Source: Octopus bimaculoides
Lineage: Eukaryota
Reading direction: 5' to 3'
NCBI RefSeq assembly: GCF_001194135.2
Contig: NC_068984.1
Span: forward strand, 52,519,902-52,583,901
DNA: 64,000 nucleotides
Position 1 is the first letter of the stretch. Every line of letters begins with the position of its first letter. A program made the position numbers and the translations under genes. Positions 38,311 through 51,288 of the stretch are shown one piece after another. The notes beneath the pieces are model-generated. The model saw only the letters and a program-made list of their open reading frames with translations. It did not search any database and was not told where the DNA came from.

Positions 38311-39714
38311 CAGCCTTTATATAGTTGCTTGACCTTATGGAAATAGCAGCCAAATTTCCTTCACATCACAGCCAACATCTTAAAAATGGACATTTGGATA
38401 ATTTGGTTCTAGGTTCTCTGCAGACAGGAAAAAATGGAATAGTCACATTCATGTGCCTCTAATCATAGATCTACTTGATCAGAGTTGACATAGGGTGAAA
38501 CAACATCAACAAAATCTCAAAGATTATAGAAACAGTTGATAACTTCTTTCATATCTTTGTGACTGTCTCACATCTAAATGACCACTAGTATAGTTTGTGT
38601 TGAGCCAGAGTTACCAGAATCTCTATTTCATATGTTACACACCAGTATTTTTTCAACCTAGAAAAATTTAGGGAAATCAATGTTGTTGCCTTGACCATAG
38701 TATGTTTGGTATAAGAACCTTGCCACTAAGTTGCCTACCTTCTGTCTGTCTCTAAATCTTGGACTGAAAATTTCCTCTCAGACTGGCCGATTGCAACATG
38801 AACTGACAGGATTCTCCATTATCCACAATTTAGAAACACTGATGTTCTCTGAGGCTTGGTTACAGTTCTCCCACAGTCCCTTGATTATATTATTGACCTT
38901 TGAGTGGTGGTCAGAAAACTACAGGGAAAATAATACAGGATCCATTTCCATAAAATATTCAATATAATATGGTAGTTTTTTATATGTGAGAGGTACAGCA
39001 TTGACTAAATGTATGGCATGCAAATGGGGCCTATATGAGGTGGGTACAGTGATACATCTGAACCTGAAAATTTACTTGGAACTCAAAAAAGGTTTGCATA
39101 TATTGAAGACTAGCATTCACACAAAGAAAAGAAGTATAAAAGAAACTTTATTCTCTCAGATAAAATTCTTTTGAAAGGTTCTGGCTTGTAGGCTTCTTGA
39201 ATGATTGGTTGGTTCGTATATCACAAACATGGTACAATCACATTACTTATTCAATAAGTAGGAAAAGGAGCAAGAAAAAGAAGAGAGAGGGAGGGGGAGA
39301 GAGAGGGACACACTGATGGTACAATGCCTAATTCACTGAAATCTGATGCACAGCTTCATGGTTCATAATTTCAAGGTTGGACTTATTCTCACACACTCTA
39401 TGGCCAATCTAATATCACATAGTTGACTTTGAATACATGCAGTTGTTTCTTCCTTAATTTATCAATGCAAAAGTAAGCAATGTTTTACATTCAATTCTTT
39501 TATATTCCTTTTATTTTATTTCCATTGACCTTTAGCGACATTGATGGATAACAATTATGATGGATAACAAAGAATTTTCAAAAGAAATAAATTTACACCA
39601 AATAGTTTACCTAAAACACTCTTGAAGCATTTACAATATGACAAGCAAGAATGTAAGAAGTAAGCTATCAATTAAAACATTACACTAAATAGAATGCCAG
39701 TTTTCAATTGCATA

Positions 39715-39947
39715 TTCGTTTATTCTTTACTTGTTTCAGTCATTTGATTATGGTCATGCTGGAGTATTGCCTTGAAGGATTTTTTAGTTGAAGAAGTCAA
39801 CCCCAGGACTTATTCCTTGTAAGCCTAGTACTTATTCTATCAGTCTCTTTTGCCAAACTACTGAGTTACGGGGACATAAACACACCAGCACTGGTTGTCA
39901 AGCAATGGCAGGGGGATAAACACAGACACACACAAATAAATATATAC

Positions 39948-40001
<54 letters not shown>

Positions 40002-40150
40002 CAGGCTTCTTTCAATTTCCATCTACCAAATCTACTCACAAGACTTTGGTCAGCCCAAGGCTATAATAGAAGACACCTGCCCAAGGTGCCATGCAGTGGG
40101 ACTGAGCCTAAAACCATGTGGTTAGGAAGTAAGCTTCTTACCACACACCC
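39715..40150 (-). mobile_element. CORE-like tRNA SINE (CpG-decayed)
   Basis: Same modules as 20683-21070, with TG/CA at consensus CpG positions. Confidence 0.8.
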
Positions 40151-42395
40151 ACACAGTTTCAGCCAAATATTGTTTACTTTTGCATTGCTAAATTAAGGAA
40201 GAAACAACAGCATTTATTCAACATCAACTGATGTGTGAAATTAGGTTGGCCAGAGAACAGTGGCAATCATAATATTAACAAATAAAAAAAAAAAATAAAA
40301 AAGAAGCAGTTATGTCAGTCAGGAAATGCATAATCAAACAGATATATTTACTACTGCATTTTTCTCGGTTTATGAACTGACAAATGTAATGTTTGTTAAA
40401 TATTACATAAATATGTAATTGAATTAATAAATCTCAAGAATCCAGTGAGACATCTTTTGTTTTAACCAATATTCAAAAATGCTGCCAAAATTGAGTTAGC
40501 AATAATGTGGGAATAGACAAAGTACCCTATAAGAGAAATAATATTAACAATAATTTCTGTTTAAATTTGTTGATCAGAATTGAGATTATCCAAGCCTTTA
40601 CTATCTATCACTCTGACACAGTATACATAAGCTATCATTGTGGATGGTGTTCAACAGCAATTGCATTTATATCTTCTAGACTTTGTATTACAGTTTCAAT
40701 TGTATGAAAACATCCACAGGTACTACTGCCTACTTTGCTACATTTTCTAGATGTGTAAGGGCTCATTTCACCTTCATTACTAGCTAGAGCAACTGATTGA
40801 AAGTTAACTTACAATTTGGAATTAGAGAACATTAGTGATTTTTAGATTGTGTTTTCTTACTTGTAAATGATGCAAGAGATCCCAACCCATCATCGTTTTA
40901 TGCCTGTTTTTCTCTCCTTGCATGGAAAAAAGTACCACTTGTCATGGTCACTCATTATCTTTGCCAATTTTCGACATCTAAAAGCAGAGCTTATCTCCTG
41001 ATTTTGGGAGTACTCTGTCCAACCAGTAATTTGCCAGTTTGAACAGGAAGACCCACAACCAGAGTAGATAATCTAGCAATATGAAACTGTGGCCTCATCC
41101 TACATTGGATTGAAGACAAGCAGGATGTAAATAAATGAAGTTTGCTTAAAACATTTAATCTTGTTACAACAGTATTTCCATGCTAACTTTGCTTAAGGAC
41201 AAAAATTGTGTTAGTGTAATTTATTCTACTATTATAGCCACAATGTTATAACTCTAAATATTTACTTTGCTTAATACTCTTTCTGTTTGAAGAGTGAGCC
41301 AGCATACTCATGAAGTGCATTTTGAAGTTATCATCTAGTTTGCTGGCAATATTACTAATATAAAAAACAAAATTGCTTGAAGTGTCATATAACTATGAAT
41401 TTTAAACTCAAATCCCATAAGGTCAACTTTGGCTTTCATCTTTTTGAAGGTCAATAAAACAAGTACTAGGTGAGTACTGGAATTGATGTCATCAACTATA
41501 CTCTTCATAAGTGTAGCAAAAGGGAAGTGAGGAGGGCTGTTGTTCCTGGTTGCAAGGGTAAAGAGGCACAAAATTTCTTACAGCCTATCATGCCAGTTAA
41601 TTAAAGGTGAGGGAGCCAAAAGTGTTTTTGACCCCAAGAACCACTGCCCACTACACCACTGACACACTCCCTCGAATTTGAATAGTTGCATCCATGTGAG
41701 AAATCAATATTATAAACGGTATATGTTTTCATACTTTCACACATTGCGTAGACATTCCATCTAATTGTATTTCAAGTTTTAATGATGATAATGTTTAAAG
41801 AAAAAAACAAAGGAATAATTCATCACAAGTATAAAGTGAGCAACAACCAATAAAACTACATTACATACAGCCATATGATGAAAGACCTTTCCTTTCCCCA
41901 AATATCATATTTCTGATAATCTGATATTAGGAAATAGTTACTCATTAACTTTCAAGTAGTTAATCAACATATAATTTGATTCATGGGAACTCTCTCTCTC
42001 CCCCCTCTCTCTCGTTGTAAACATCAAATTAAGGAGAATTGTTGTGCCATGTTGGACATATGTATGGTATATATATATAGTACTTTATATATGAAATTTA
42101 GCACAAGTAACAATAATACATTTATATATGGTAACTAACATGCAATTTTACATGGTATTTTTATGTAATTGATATATATATTACATACAATATTTATGTG
42201 AAGTGTTTAACATGACTGACAAGTATAATTTCGATATTTGGAGTTAAACATAACAGACAAGATACCTTTAGTGAGAAAAAGAAAATTTAAAAAGAAACGA
42301 AAAACATATCTATAAACAAATTTGAGAGAGAGACTCTATAGTGTAATCAGTAATGTGATCCAACCAAACATACACACACACATATTATGTATATA

Positions 42396-42660
42396 TCTAT
42401 ATATATAAAACTGAGAATGCGTCTGTCTGTATGTGTGCATCACTAAAACTCAAGAACTACCCAACCGATTTCATTCAAATTTTACACATGCCTTACTTAG
42501 TGTCCATGCAGTGTCATGGACCAAAAACAACTTTCACCTTCTTGCCTAATGCGAGCCCGGAGCAATCTCTTATCCCTTACACTATTGTAATGTGAGATAC
42601 TTTCAGTTTAATAGTTTCGCTATTAATACTGAAACTGTTAAAGTGAAACTATTATCATAT
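42396..42660 (+). mobile_element. Helitron-like 5' terminus (A|TC start, GTCT microsatellite, CCGATTTCATTCAAATT motif)
   Basis: A|TCTATATATATAAAACTGAGAATGCGTCTGTCTGTATG...AACCGATTTCATTCAAATTTTACAC resembles non-autonomous Helitron 5' ends of the Lep1 type. Confidence 0.6.
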
Positions 42661-42872
42661 ATGCATGTATGTATGTGTATATACATCTGCGCATATGTAT
42701 GTATATATATAGATTCATATGTATATGTATGTATATATGTGTGTATATATATATGTATAAATATATGTATGCATGTATATATGTGTACAAATATATGTAT
42801 ATATATATGTATATATATTTATATGTATATATGTATGTATATATACGTATATACATGTGTATATATAGGGTT

Positions 42873-43175
42873 TGGGTGTTGGCATTTGTTGGAGCTAAGA
42901 TAGCTCTTTCACACATCCATTTATGACTGACATGATTGGTAGAGAGGTTGGTGTAAACAGTTGTGCATAGCTCCTCAGTTAAGGGGAAGGTTAAATGTTG
43001 AATGGACTGTTCTGTCACCGTCTAGCAGTGTTGATTCTATTCCTGAAGATACCATTGCAATGGCAATCTGTCCACTTTAGCGAACTTTGGCAAGAAGGAG
43101 GTTGAGAAGAAATGTCTTTCATGTGCTACCTGCCGCAACAAGGAAGAGGATGCCACTGGTGGTGTCTTCAAGCAT
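42873..43175 (-). mobile_element. Helitron RepHel PIF1-like helicase fragments (internally deleted)
   Basis: GILFLVAAGST*KTFLLNLLLAKVR*SGQIAIAMVSSGIESTLLDGDRTVHSTFNLPLN (Walker A region) fused to EELCTTVYTNL....[14 protein letters not shown] (motif IV). Confidence 0.85.
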
Positions 43176-44202
43176 TGCCAAAATAGAATTATAGACACAC
43201 ACACAAGGGTGCACATGTATATACATTTACATACACAGGTGCACATTATATGGGCATGTATGTGGACACATGTATGCCCGCACACACATCCATGTGCATG
43301 CATATGGTGAGTAGATACATATGAGCACTCATGCATATATACGTGTGTGCTCATGATTAAGCACCGCCTGCACCAAGGTCACTGTCACAAATTAACCCCC
43401 ATGAACAGCACCGCAAATCACCAATCCACAACACTTCTCCATCACCCCTTATGCATGACCACACATGAATGTTTGTGTGCATGCATGTAATGAGTGCACC
43501 TGCATGTAATGAGTGTGCATGTGCATATGTGCCTCTATGTGTATGTGTGTGTGTGAGTGTACACACTTGTATAAGTATGGATGCATACACACAGATATAT
43601 GGACATATACATGTACATATAAACATATACGCACCCACATCTACCACCCCTTCCTACTTCTTCCCAACCACATGACCAATTTTTTGTCCACCACACGGTT
43701 GATTTCGTGTTCACCATGTGGTCAATTTCCTGTTCACCAACATTGGACTGTTATACTGCATGATCTCTCCTGACAAATCATAGGCTAACGTCCAGTAGTA
43801 AACACTGACTCTCTTTTGTCAAACTCTCATTAAGACCCCAATGGCTAAAGACTAGCCACATGCTTGAAACTCAGAGTACCAAAGAGTCTGAATCAAACTG
43901 TTTTGATCTATACATGTAACTCCCAATAAATGTGTTGAGTGCCCTGCTTTCATTTGTCTACTCACTCGTGTGTATATATATATATATATATATATATTCT
44001 ATTATTCTGTTATTTATTTCAGTCAATCAAATTGACCCCAATACTAATTTTATCAGTCACTTTTGCTGAACCGCTAAGTTATGGGGGACATAAACACACC
44101 AACATTGGTTGTCAAGCGATGGTGGGGGGACAAACACAGCCATACATACACACAGATACAGACATACATACATATATATATATATATACATAAAGCCTGT
44201 TG

Positions 44203-44411
44203 TATCATCATCATCATCATCGTTTAACGTCCGCTTTCCATGCTAGCATGGGTTGGACGATTTGACTGAGGACTGGTGAAACCGGATGGCAACACCAGGC
44301 TCCAATCTAATTTGGCAGAGTTTCTACAGCTGGATGCCCTTCCTAACGCCAACCACTCAGAGAGTGTAGTGGGTGCTTTTACGTGTCACCCGCATGAAAA
44401 CGGCCACGCTC
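44203..44411 (-). mobile_element. Young RTE 3'-tail element running into a gap
   Basis: (CAT)n CGTTTAACGTCCGCTTTCCATGCTAGCATGGGTTGGACG, CpG intact. Confidence 0.8.
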
Positions 44412-45118
44412 NNNNNNNNNNNNNNNNNNNNNNNNNNNNNNNNNNNNNNNNNNNNNNNNNNNNNNNNNNNNNNNNNNNNNNNNNNNNNNNNNNNNNNNNN
44501 NNNNNNNNNNNNNNNNNNNNNNNNNNNNNNNNNNNNNNNNNNNNNNNNNNNNNNNNNNNNNNNNNNNNNNNNNNNNNNNNNNNNNNNNNNNNNNNNNNNN
44601 NNNNNNNNNNNNNNNNNNNNNNNNNNNNNNNNNNNNNNNNNNNNNNNNNNNNNNNNNNNNNNNNNNNNNNNNNNNNNNNNNNNNNNNNNNNNNNNNNNNN
44701 NNNNNNNNNNNNNNNNNNNNNNNNNNNNNNNNNNNNNNNNNNNNNNNNNNNNNNNNNNNNNNNNNNNNNNNNNNNNNNNNNNNNNNNNNNNNNNNNNNNN
44801 NNNNNNNNNNNNNNNNNNNNNNNNNNNNNNNNNNNNNNNNNNNNNNNNNNNNNNNNNNNNNNNNNNNNNNNNNNNNNNNNNNNNNNNNNNNNNNNNNNNN
44901 NNNNNNNNNNNNNNNNNNNNNNNNNNNNNNNNNNNNNNNNNNNNNNNNNNNNNNNNNNNNNNNNNNNNNNNNNNNNNNNNNNNNNNNNNNNNNNNNNNNN
45001 NNNNNNNNNNNNNNNNNNNNNNNNNNNNNNNNNNNNNNNNNNNNNNNNNNNNNNNNNNNNNNNNNNNNNNNNNNNNNNNNNNNAGCGCACCCACCCCCAC
45101 TACTAACTTGGTCGCCCA

Positions 45119-45146
45119 GATAGCGGAAGCTATCGACTACCTCTAG
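45119..45146 (+). mobile_element. Candidate Helitron 3' terminus
   Basis: Hairpin GATAGC-GGAA-GCTATC, 8-nt spacer, then CTAG|T. Confidence 0.5.
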
Positions 45147-45321
45147 TTTTTCACCCTGGAATATATATATATATATATATCTTATCTATAAAAGGCAGAT
45201 TTTCTTTGTGTGTATGTATGTTTAAATTCATACATTTACACAATTCCAAATTTCTTGGATGAAAGAATCGGAATTAATATTCTAAATACAATAAGTTAGG
45301 TCACAGTGTCATTTTTTCAGA

Positions 45322-45344
<23 letters not shown>

Positions 45345-45355
<11 letters not shown>

Positions 45356-45595
45356 AGTGAGTGTGTCTGTGTATTTATGTGTATGTCAGTGTTTGTCACC
45401 CGTCCTGCCATCGCTTGACAACTAATGTCAATGTATTTATGTCCCTAAAACTTAGCGGCCTGACGAAAGAGACGGATAGAATTAGTACTACGCTTATAAA
45501 GAATAAATCCTAGGGTCGATTTCAACTTAACCTCTTTAAGGCGGTGCTCCGGCAGGGCCACAGTCAAATGACTGAAACAAGTAAAAGAATAAAAT
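45345..45595 (+). mobile_element. 3' half of a CORE-like tRNA SINE, CpG-intact
   Basis: TCGCTTGACAAC...CTTAGCGG...GGCGGTGCTCCGGCAGGGCCACAGTCAAATGACTGAAACAAGTAAAAGAAT. Confidence 0.75.
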
Positions 45596-47051
45596 ACACA
45601 CACACACAAGGTGCCAGTCCCTTCACGGGTCTTTTTTCTTTTCTGTCTCAAAACGGATGTTTTCTTGTATCAGCGTAATTCTTTCTAAAAATAGTTTTGA
45701 ATATCATTTTAGCTACAATGTCAAACTTCACAGGAAATGGGAAGATTTTATAAACGATTATATTTAGCCATTTCCATTTGATTGCTGAAATGTAAATTAA
45801 AAATGGATAATGAAAAATAAATCTATTTCAGGAAAATAGCTCAAATGGGCCGACGATTGTGCTGAATACCGAATGTAAAAAAAAAAAAAAGCCCGATTTA
45901 ATTGCAATTTCCCTTCTAGTTTGAAAAAGAAAATCCTAGCGGCAATTGTTGGCGTTTCTTAAAGAGGAGGAGAGATAATTTAAAAAAAAAAAAAAGAATT
46001 TCTTAAGTTGATTTATATGTTTACAGAAAGAACTGTTCAATGTAAATTACATTTACAAATAAAAAGCCTGTATTTCTCGAGGTTCGTTCTACTTGCTAGA
46101 AAAAGCATCCAATTCTCTTCCAATCCCACACTATTGTCTATTAAAAGGAATGACAGATTCGATAATGCAGTCTGAAATAACTAATATATGAAAGGACGAG
46201 AAGGTCGCATCTAGAATTCCTTTTATCATAAATCTGTTGAGTCAGGGTTGACCTGAGATTATAGACAACTACACTTCTCTCTTACATTTTTACCCAATAG
46301 GCAGCAATTACTCTTGGTTTTAGGTTTGGTAAAAGGATGGTATATGATCGTCGAACCAAGCTTGCACAATGCGGTTCGGTGCTGTTATCAGGGAACTAGA
46401 AGTTCGACATGATTTCGAGACGACTGGTAATAAAGTCAAAGGAAAAAAGTCATAGTAATAAAGTCATAATTTTGGCTAGGAAAATAAGTCACAATTAATT
46501 TCTGGGATTCGGACAATCACTTCACTATACCTGTGAAAAATACGTGAAAGTTACACTTCGTATTTCTCATCTTTTCATAAACTTCATGTTTAAGTGAATA
46601 AAGCTTTTGATTTTATTCCTTCTGTTGATTATTTTATTTAACCTATATCGAATTTCTGAAATTCAAAGGCTGACCACCGGATTATTTTTTACTTAGCTAC
46701 ACGCTGTGGTAATATTTAGACTTAACATGGTATGACAATGTCTTGTTAAACATCTCGGTTACAACATTTGCAGTAATTTGCATATTCTTCTATTTGTAAG
46801 TCAATTAAAATAAAATAAATATCATCGCTGCTCCTCATATTTTAGACCTGCCCTATTTCTAGTTAAACAAATTCCATAATTAAGTGATTAAGAAATATCC
46901 ACCTACTCGACAAAATTTTCTATAATACAAACATTTATATATATTTTTATTGACCACCTAAAATAACATTGTTCTTTAAAAGTATTTTTTGATCTTTCTG
47001 AATTGACGGGAACCACTTTTCATTTATGTTTTATGTAGTGTTTTTGGTACA

Positions 47052-47681
47052 GAAACACTTTCAAACTTCGTATACTTGTATATTTTGTGTTATGGAACAG
47101 ATAAAAATTTTTGTATTCTAAGTTATTTCATGTAAAAAAATTGTCGTATTTCGGTAATTTCAACCAATCACTGGCGTCTATTGAGGTGAAAACAATTACT
47201 GCCGTGGAATGAAAACAAGATGTTCTAACGATGTCATGGGATCTTTTCCCTTGAATAAAATTAGTGCCGTTGTTTGTCAACAACAACTATCCGTGGTACT
47301 GTTATCTATGACATCGTTCGTGCGTTTGTACTGGTTTTAGGTTTAGGGTTCGGGTTTTAGAGTTAGGGTTAGTTTTAGCGTTACGGTTAGGGTTATGATT
47401 ATTTTTGCCATAACCTCACTCATAACCCTAAAACTCTTACTAGGGAATAACGATATAATTAACAGGCAATAACACTCTTGATACCGGTAAAAATTATTGT
47501 TTACAAAAACAGTAGTAACTGTATTCAGTTGAATAGACGTCTGTGATTGGTTGAAATTACAGAAATACGACAACTTTAACATGAAATAACTTATTAAGAA
47601 GAAATTTTTGTTAAGAAGGCTAAGAGAAAAAGATGTTTTATATGACACATTCTACCAGTATCCCAAGTTTGAAAGTGTTTC
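47052..47681. mobile_element. Non-autonomous DNA element with long imperfect TIRs and internal TTAGGG-like repeats
   Basis: Left GAAACACTTTCAAAC...ATTTCAACCAATCACTGGCGTCTATT; right AATAGACGTCTGTGATTGGTTGAAAT...GTTTGAAAGTGTTTC; GGTTTAGGGTT...GTTAGGGTTAG at 47335-47400. Confidence 0.7.
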
Positions 47682-49623
47682 GTTAAGAAAACAAGTGGTG
47701 CCCGTCAATTCAGAAAGATCCGTATTTTTTTACTTCTGCTCATGATAAATAAGGGGACGTGAAGCATGTCATTGTTTTTTTTTTGGGGGGGGGGGGTATT
47801 ACAAAGAAGGTAGCAACGATCTGCTTCATTTCACAGTATCCGTAAGTCCTCATACAGTTTGAAAAAAAAATGCTGTGCCGATGATGCCACAAGCCAGTCA
47901 CTTCGTTTGATCGCTTTGAGATTTAATAAACCGATCGAAAAATAATACTGTAAAAATTCACGAATACTCATAAAACGACTCAAAGGTTGTCTTAAGACAA
48001 CACACGAAAAATTCATTTCCCATGTTTTGACATTAATGGAATGCACTTTGGTGCATTCCTGAGAATGTTTTCAACAGTTAAAACAAGATTCTTCCCATAC
48101 GTTTTTATCAAGTATCAAATTATCGTTACAAAACTGAAAATTGTAGAAATTTGGTATTTCCTGACATTTAGACCTACGCCACAATAAATATCCCGAACTT
48201 TGATGCCGTTGCTTTAATTCCTAACGAGTATAATAGTAAATTAATAATATTTAGTTAATATAATAGTGGATTCTAAGAACAGAGTCGAGTATCAACAATC
48301 CTAAATTCTATTCCCCAAAAATGTATACACGAATGGTATTTTGGATGGTATTTTAAATGATATTTCAGTGATGTCATTTATAGGAAGTTTGCTTCCTAAC
48401 AGCGAAGATCAGAGGAAAATGTCCTGACAATATATGCCTTGTGTTGTATACAGCCCAGGTCATTGAACTAAAAGGGCACAATGATCGAACAAATAAAAAA
48501 TGTTCGTATAGTTATCGGAAATATTTGTAATATTACCATTGCATTAGGCTATCAGAACTTAAATTATTTTAAAACAGATCATACAATCCCTTCAAATAAT
48601 ATTTCAAATCCGTTCCATTGGACTTAAATTATTATTTTAAAATAAAAACAATATACATTACTGCTTTCTAGATTGCGAAGTGGATTATTAATGTCCCTTA
48701 AGAACAAAATGTAACAATAAAATATTTTTCTTTTCAGTAATATTAAGAAGTTTTCTCTTTATTCAAAAGAAAATTAGTTTAGCTTCAAGCATCTCTCTAT
48801 GTTTTAATTTAGAGTTTTTAATCTACATTACCAAGAGGTGTATTATCTTGGTTTGTAATAAAAGGAGAGCTTTGTCGGCTCTTCAGGATTGATGCAGTTG
48901 ATGTTCAATTTGAATCTCTATAATGGTCAGTAGGGAAGATAAGAACTGCTACAGAGAATTATAGATGTATTTTCTTGATATATGCACCTTATTGTAATGA
49001 TGTGCCTGCTGTTGGAAGTTGTCGATCTCCGTTCAGAAAAACCTTGGAAAATTAGCGTAAGGTGTCTGCAAATCAGTGAGGTTAACAGGAATGGTGCATG
49101 GTATCATCTACACACAATTATGTTTAGATGAAATATTGAGGAGGAGGAAGATGTAGACAGGTATGAGTATGAGAGGCATAGCAGAAACTCAAATTAGTAG
49201 AATGTATCACATCGATACAATTAGCAAAGGTAATTTCCAATCCAACTGATGTAAGACAAACTGTTTAGTCCCAAACATGTCACGTGGGGGATACACCCTA
49301 GCTCCTAGACCCCACATATTTGATGTGTATTATGTTGTGTTTTACGTGCCCTGACAGAACACATCTATGTTCAAAGGCATTTCCCAATTCATGAGCACAG
49401 AATCGACACTTCTATCGAACAATGTACACCTAGGACTATATTGTCCTACGTATCCTCCTTTTCCAAGGTAGCAGTGTATAGGTTGAAGTGGAATTTAGCT
49501 GCTAATTGTTGAAAATCCAGTGACCACGTAGAAACTTACTCCGGGATTGCGGGGAGCAACTCTGCCGCTAAGTTTTCACTCCCGACATGGTGGTATATAG
49601 CAACTGCCGATGACTCAGGAAAG

Positions 49624-50880
49624 TTGAACGAATTCAGGATTGCCACAGCGAATGACCCACAACTGCAACAGCTGAAATCAGTGATTCTGTGCGGATGGCC
49701 AGAAAACAGAAATGATGTTCCAGCAAGTGCGAGAGACTACTCGAATATTCGAGATGAACTGACTGTTGTTGATGACTTCATCTTCAAAGCTGTCAAAGTT
49801 GTAGTTCCTGCAACACTACAAACAGAAATGTTGAACAGAATTCACGTTGCTCATTTCGGAGTAACAAAGTGCATACTCAGAGCCAAAGATGTTATCTTCT
49901 GGCTAGGAATGACTGTATAAGTTGAAGAATTTGTATCATGATGTTCTGTGTGCAACGAAAACAGAAAAAGTAGTCCGAAACAACCGTTGAAGAGCCATGA
50001 AATTCCTGATCGACTGTGGGCCAAAGTCGGAGCCGATTTGTTTGTGTACAAGTTCATTGACTACCTGGTGTATGTGGATTATTTCTCAAAGTACCCGGAA
50101 ATTGTGAAATTGTTTAACCTATCAAGTAAAACGGCAATCACAGCAGTGAAATCTATCTTTGCCGGACACGGCATCTCAGATGAGTTCATGATAGATAACG
50201 GACCGCAGTTTATGAGTGCAGAGTTCCGTAACTTTGGTTTAGAATGGGACTTCAAACACACAACATCAAGTCTGACATACAATCAAACGGACAAGCTGAG
50301 TGTACAGTTCAGACAGTAAAAATTCTGCTAAAGAAAACAAGCTAGTGGCCGAGATGTCTACTTAGCTCCATTTGAGTACTGAAATACACCGATTGACTTG
50401 GTCAATCTATCACCGGCCCAAATGCTAATGAACAGGTGCCTGAAGAGTTGCTCGTGTCCGATGCCTTGCTGAAATCTTGGGTACAGGACCAGTAACCGCT
50501 ACATGATCAGCTGAAAACACGTCAAGACGAGCAAAAGTACTACTACGACAAAAATAGTAGAGAGTTACCTTCGTTGACTCCAGCACAGCTAGTCAGGATT
50601 CAAGAAAACCAGTCATGGAAGCCTGGAGTTGTCAAATCGGTTGATGATGCACCATGATTCTACAACATAGCGACCTTAGATGGAAGACAGTATCGAGGAA
50701 ATCACCGTCATCTGCGGACAGCTGCTGAGAATCCAACAGCTCAGCCAAATGTGAAGAGGCTACGAGAACTGTGATACAGATGAGTCTGAGATCACAGACA
50801 CAATCTGTAATCAAACAACGAGAACCGGACGAAAAATCAACATGTCGGAACGATATCGAGATTGATATCAAGAACTGTTG
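49624..50880 (+). mobile_element. Ty3/Gypsy (Mag-like) pol remnant: RNase H-integrase linker, HHCC zinc finger and integrase core
   Basis: DPQLQQLKSVILCGWP...RDELTV...IH.AHFG..KC..RAK..IFW.GM...CSVC...PLKSHEIPDRLWAKVGADLF...YLV.VDYFSKYPE...IDNGPQF; stops and frameshifts. Confidence 0.92.
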
Positions 50881-51119
50881 AATTCGAGAAATGCTCCATG
50901 AAAACAGAGATTCATGGACTGTGTTAAATATTCAATTTCAAGTTAAACAGGTTAAACTGTGTTAATTGCTAGAAAGCATATTTCATTATTCTTTCCACGT
51001 TTCTAGAAGTTAAAGAGATTAAATTTAAAGAAGATATATTGATGGACTCTGAAGAAAGTTGCTTTATTAGAATGATAATGAATATATGATTGGGTTTATT
51101 TGAAGTTGGCAATTTAAGT

Positions 51120-51288
51120 TCCAAATATCCTTTTCTACTCTAGGCACGAAATTTTTTTTTGGGGGGGGGGCAGTCGATTTGATCGACCTCAGTACGCCAC
51201 TGGTACTTAATATATCGAGCCGAAAGGATGAAAAACAAAGTCGACCTCGGCGGAATTTAAACTTAGAATGTAAAGACACGAAATACCG
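51120..51288 (-). mobile_element. tRNA-derived SINE (second family, alternative tail), 3' part; the 5' part is at 53219-53272
   Basis: CGAAAGGATGAAAAACAAAGTCGACCTCGGCGGAATTT...GAAATACCG is interrupted and resumes at 53219 ATACCGCGAAGCAGTTCGACCGGCGTGTTAACGTTTCTGCCAGC. Confidence 0.85.
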
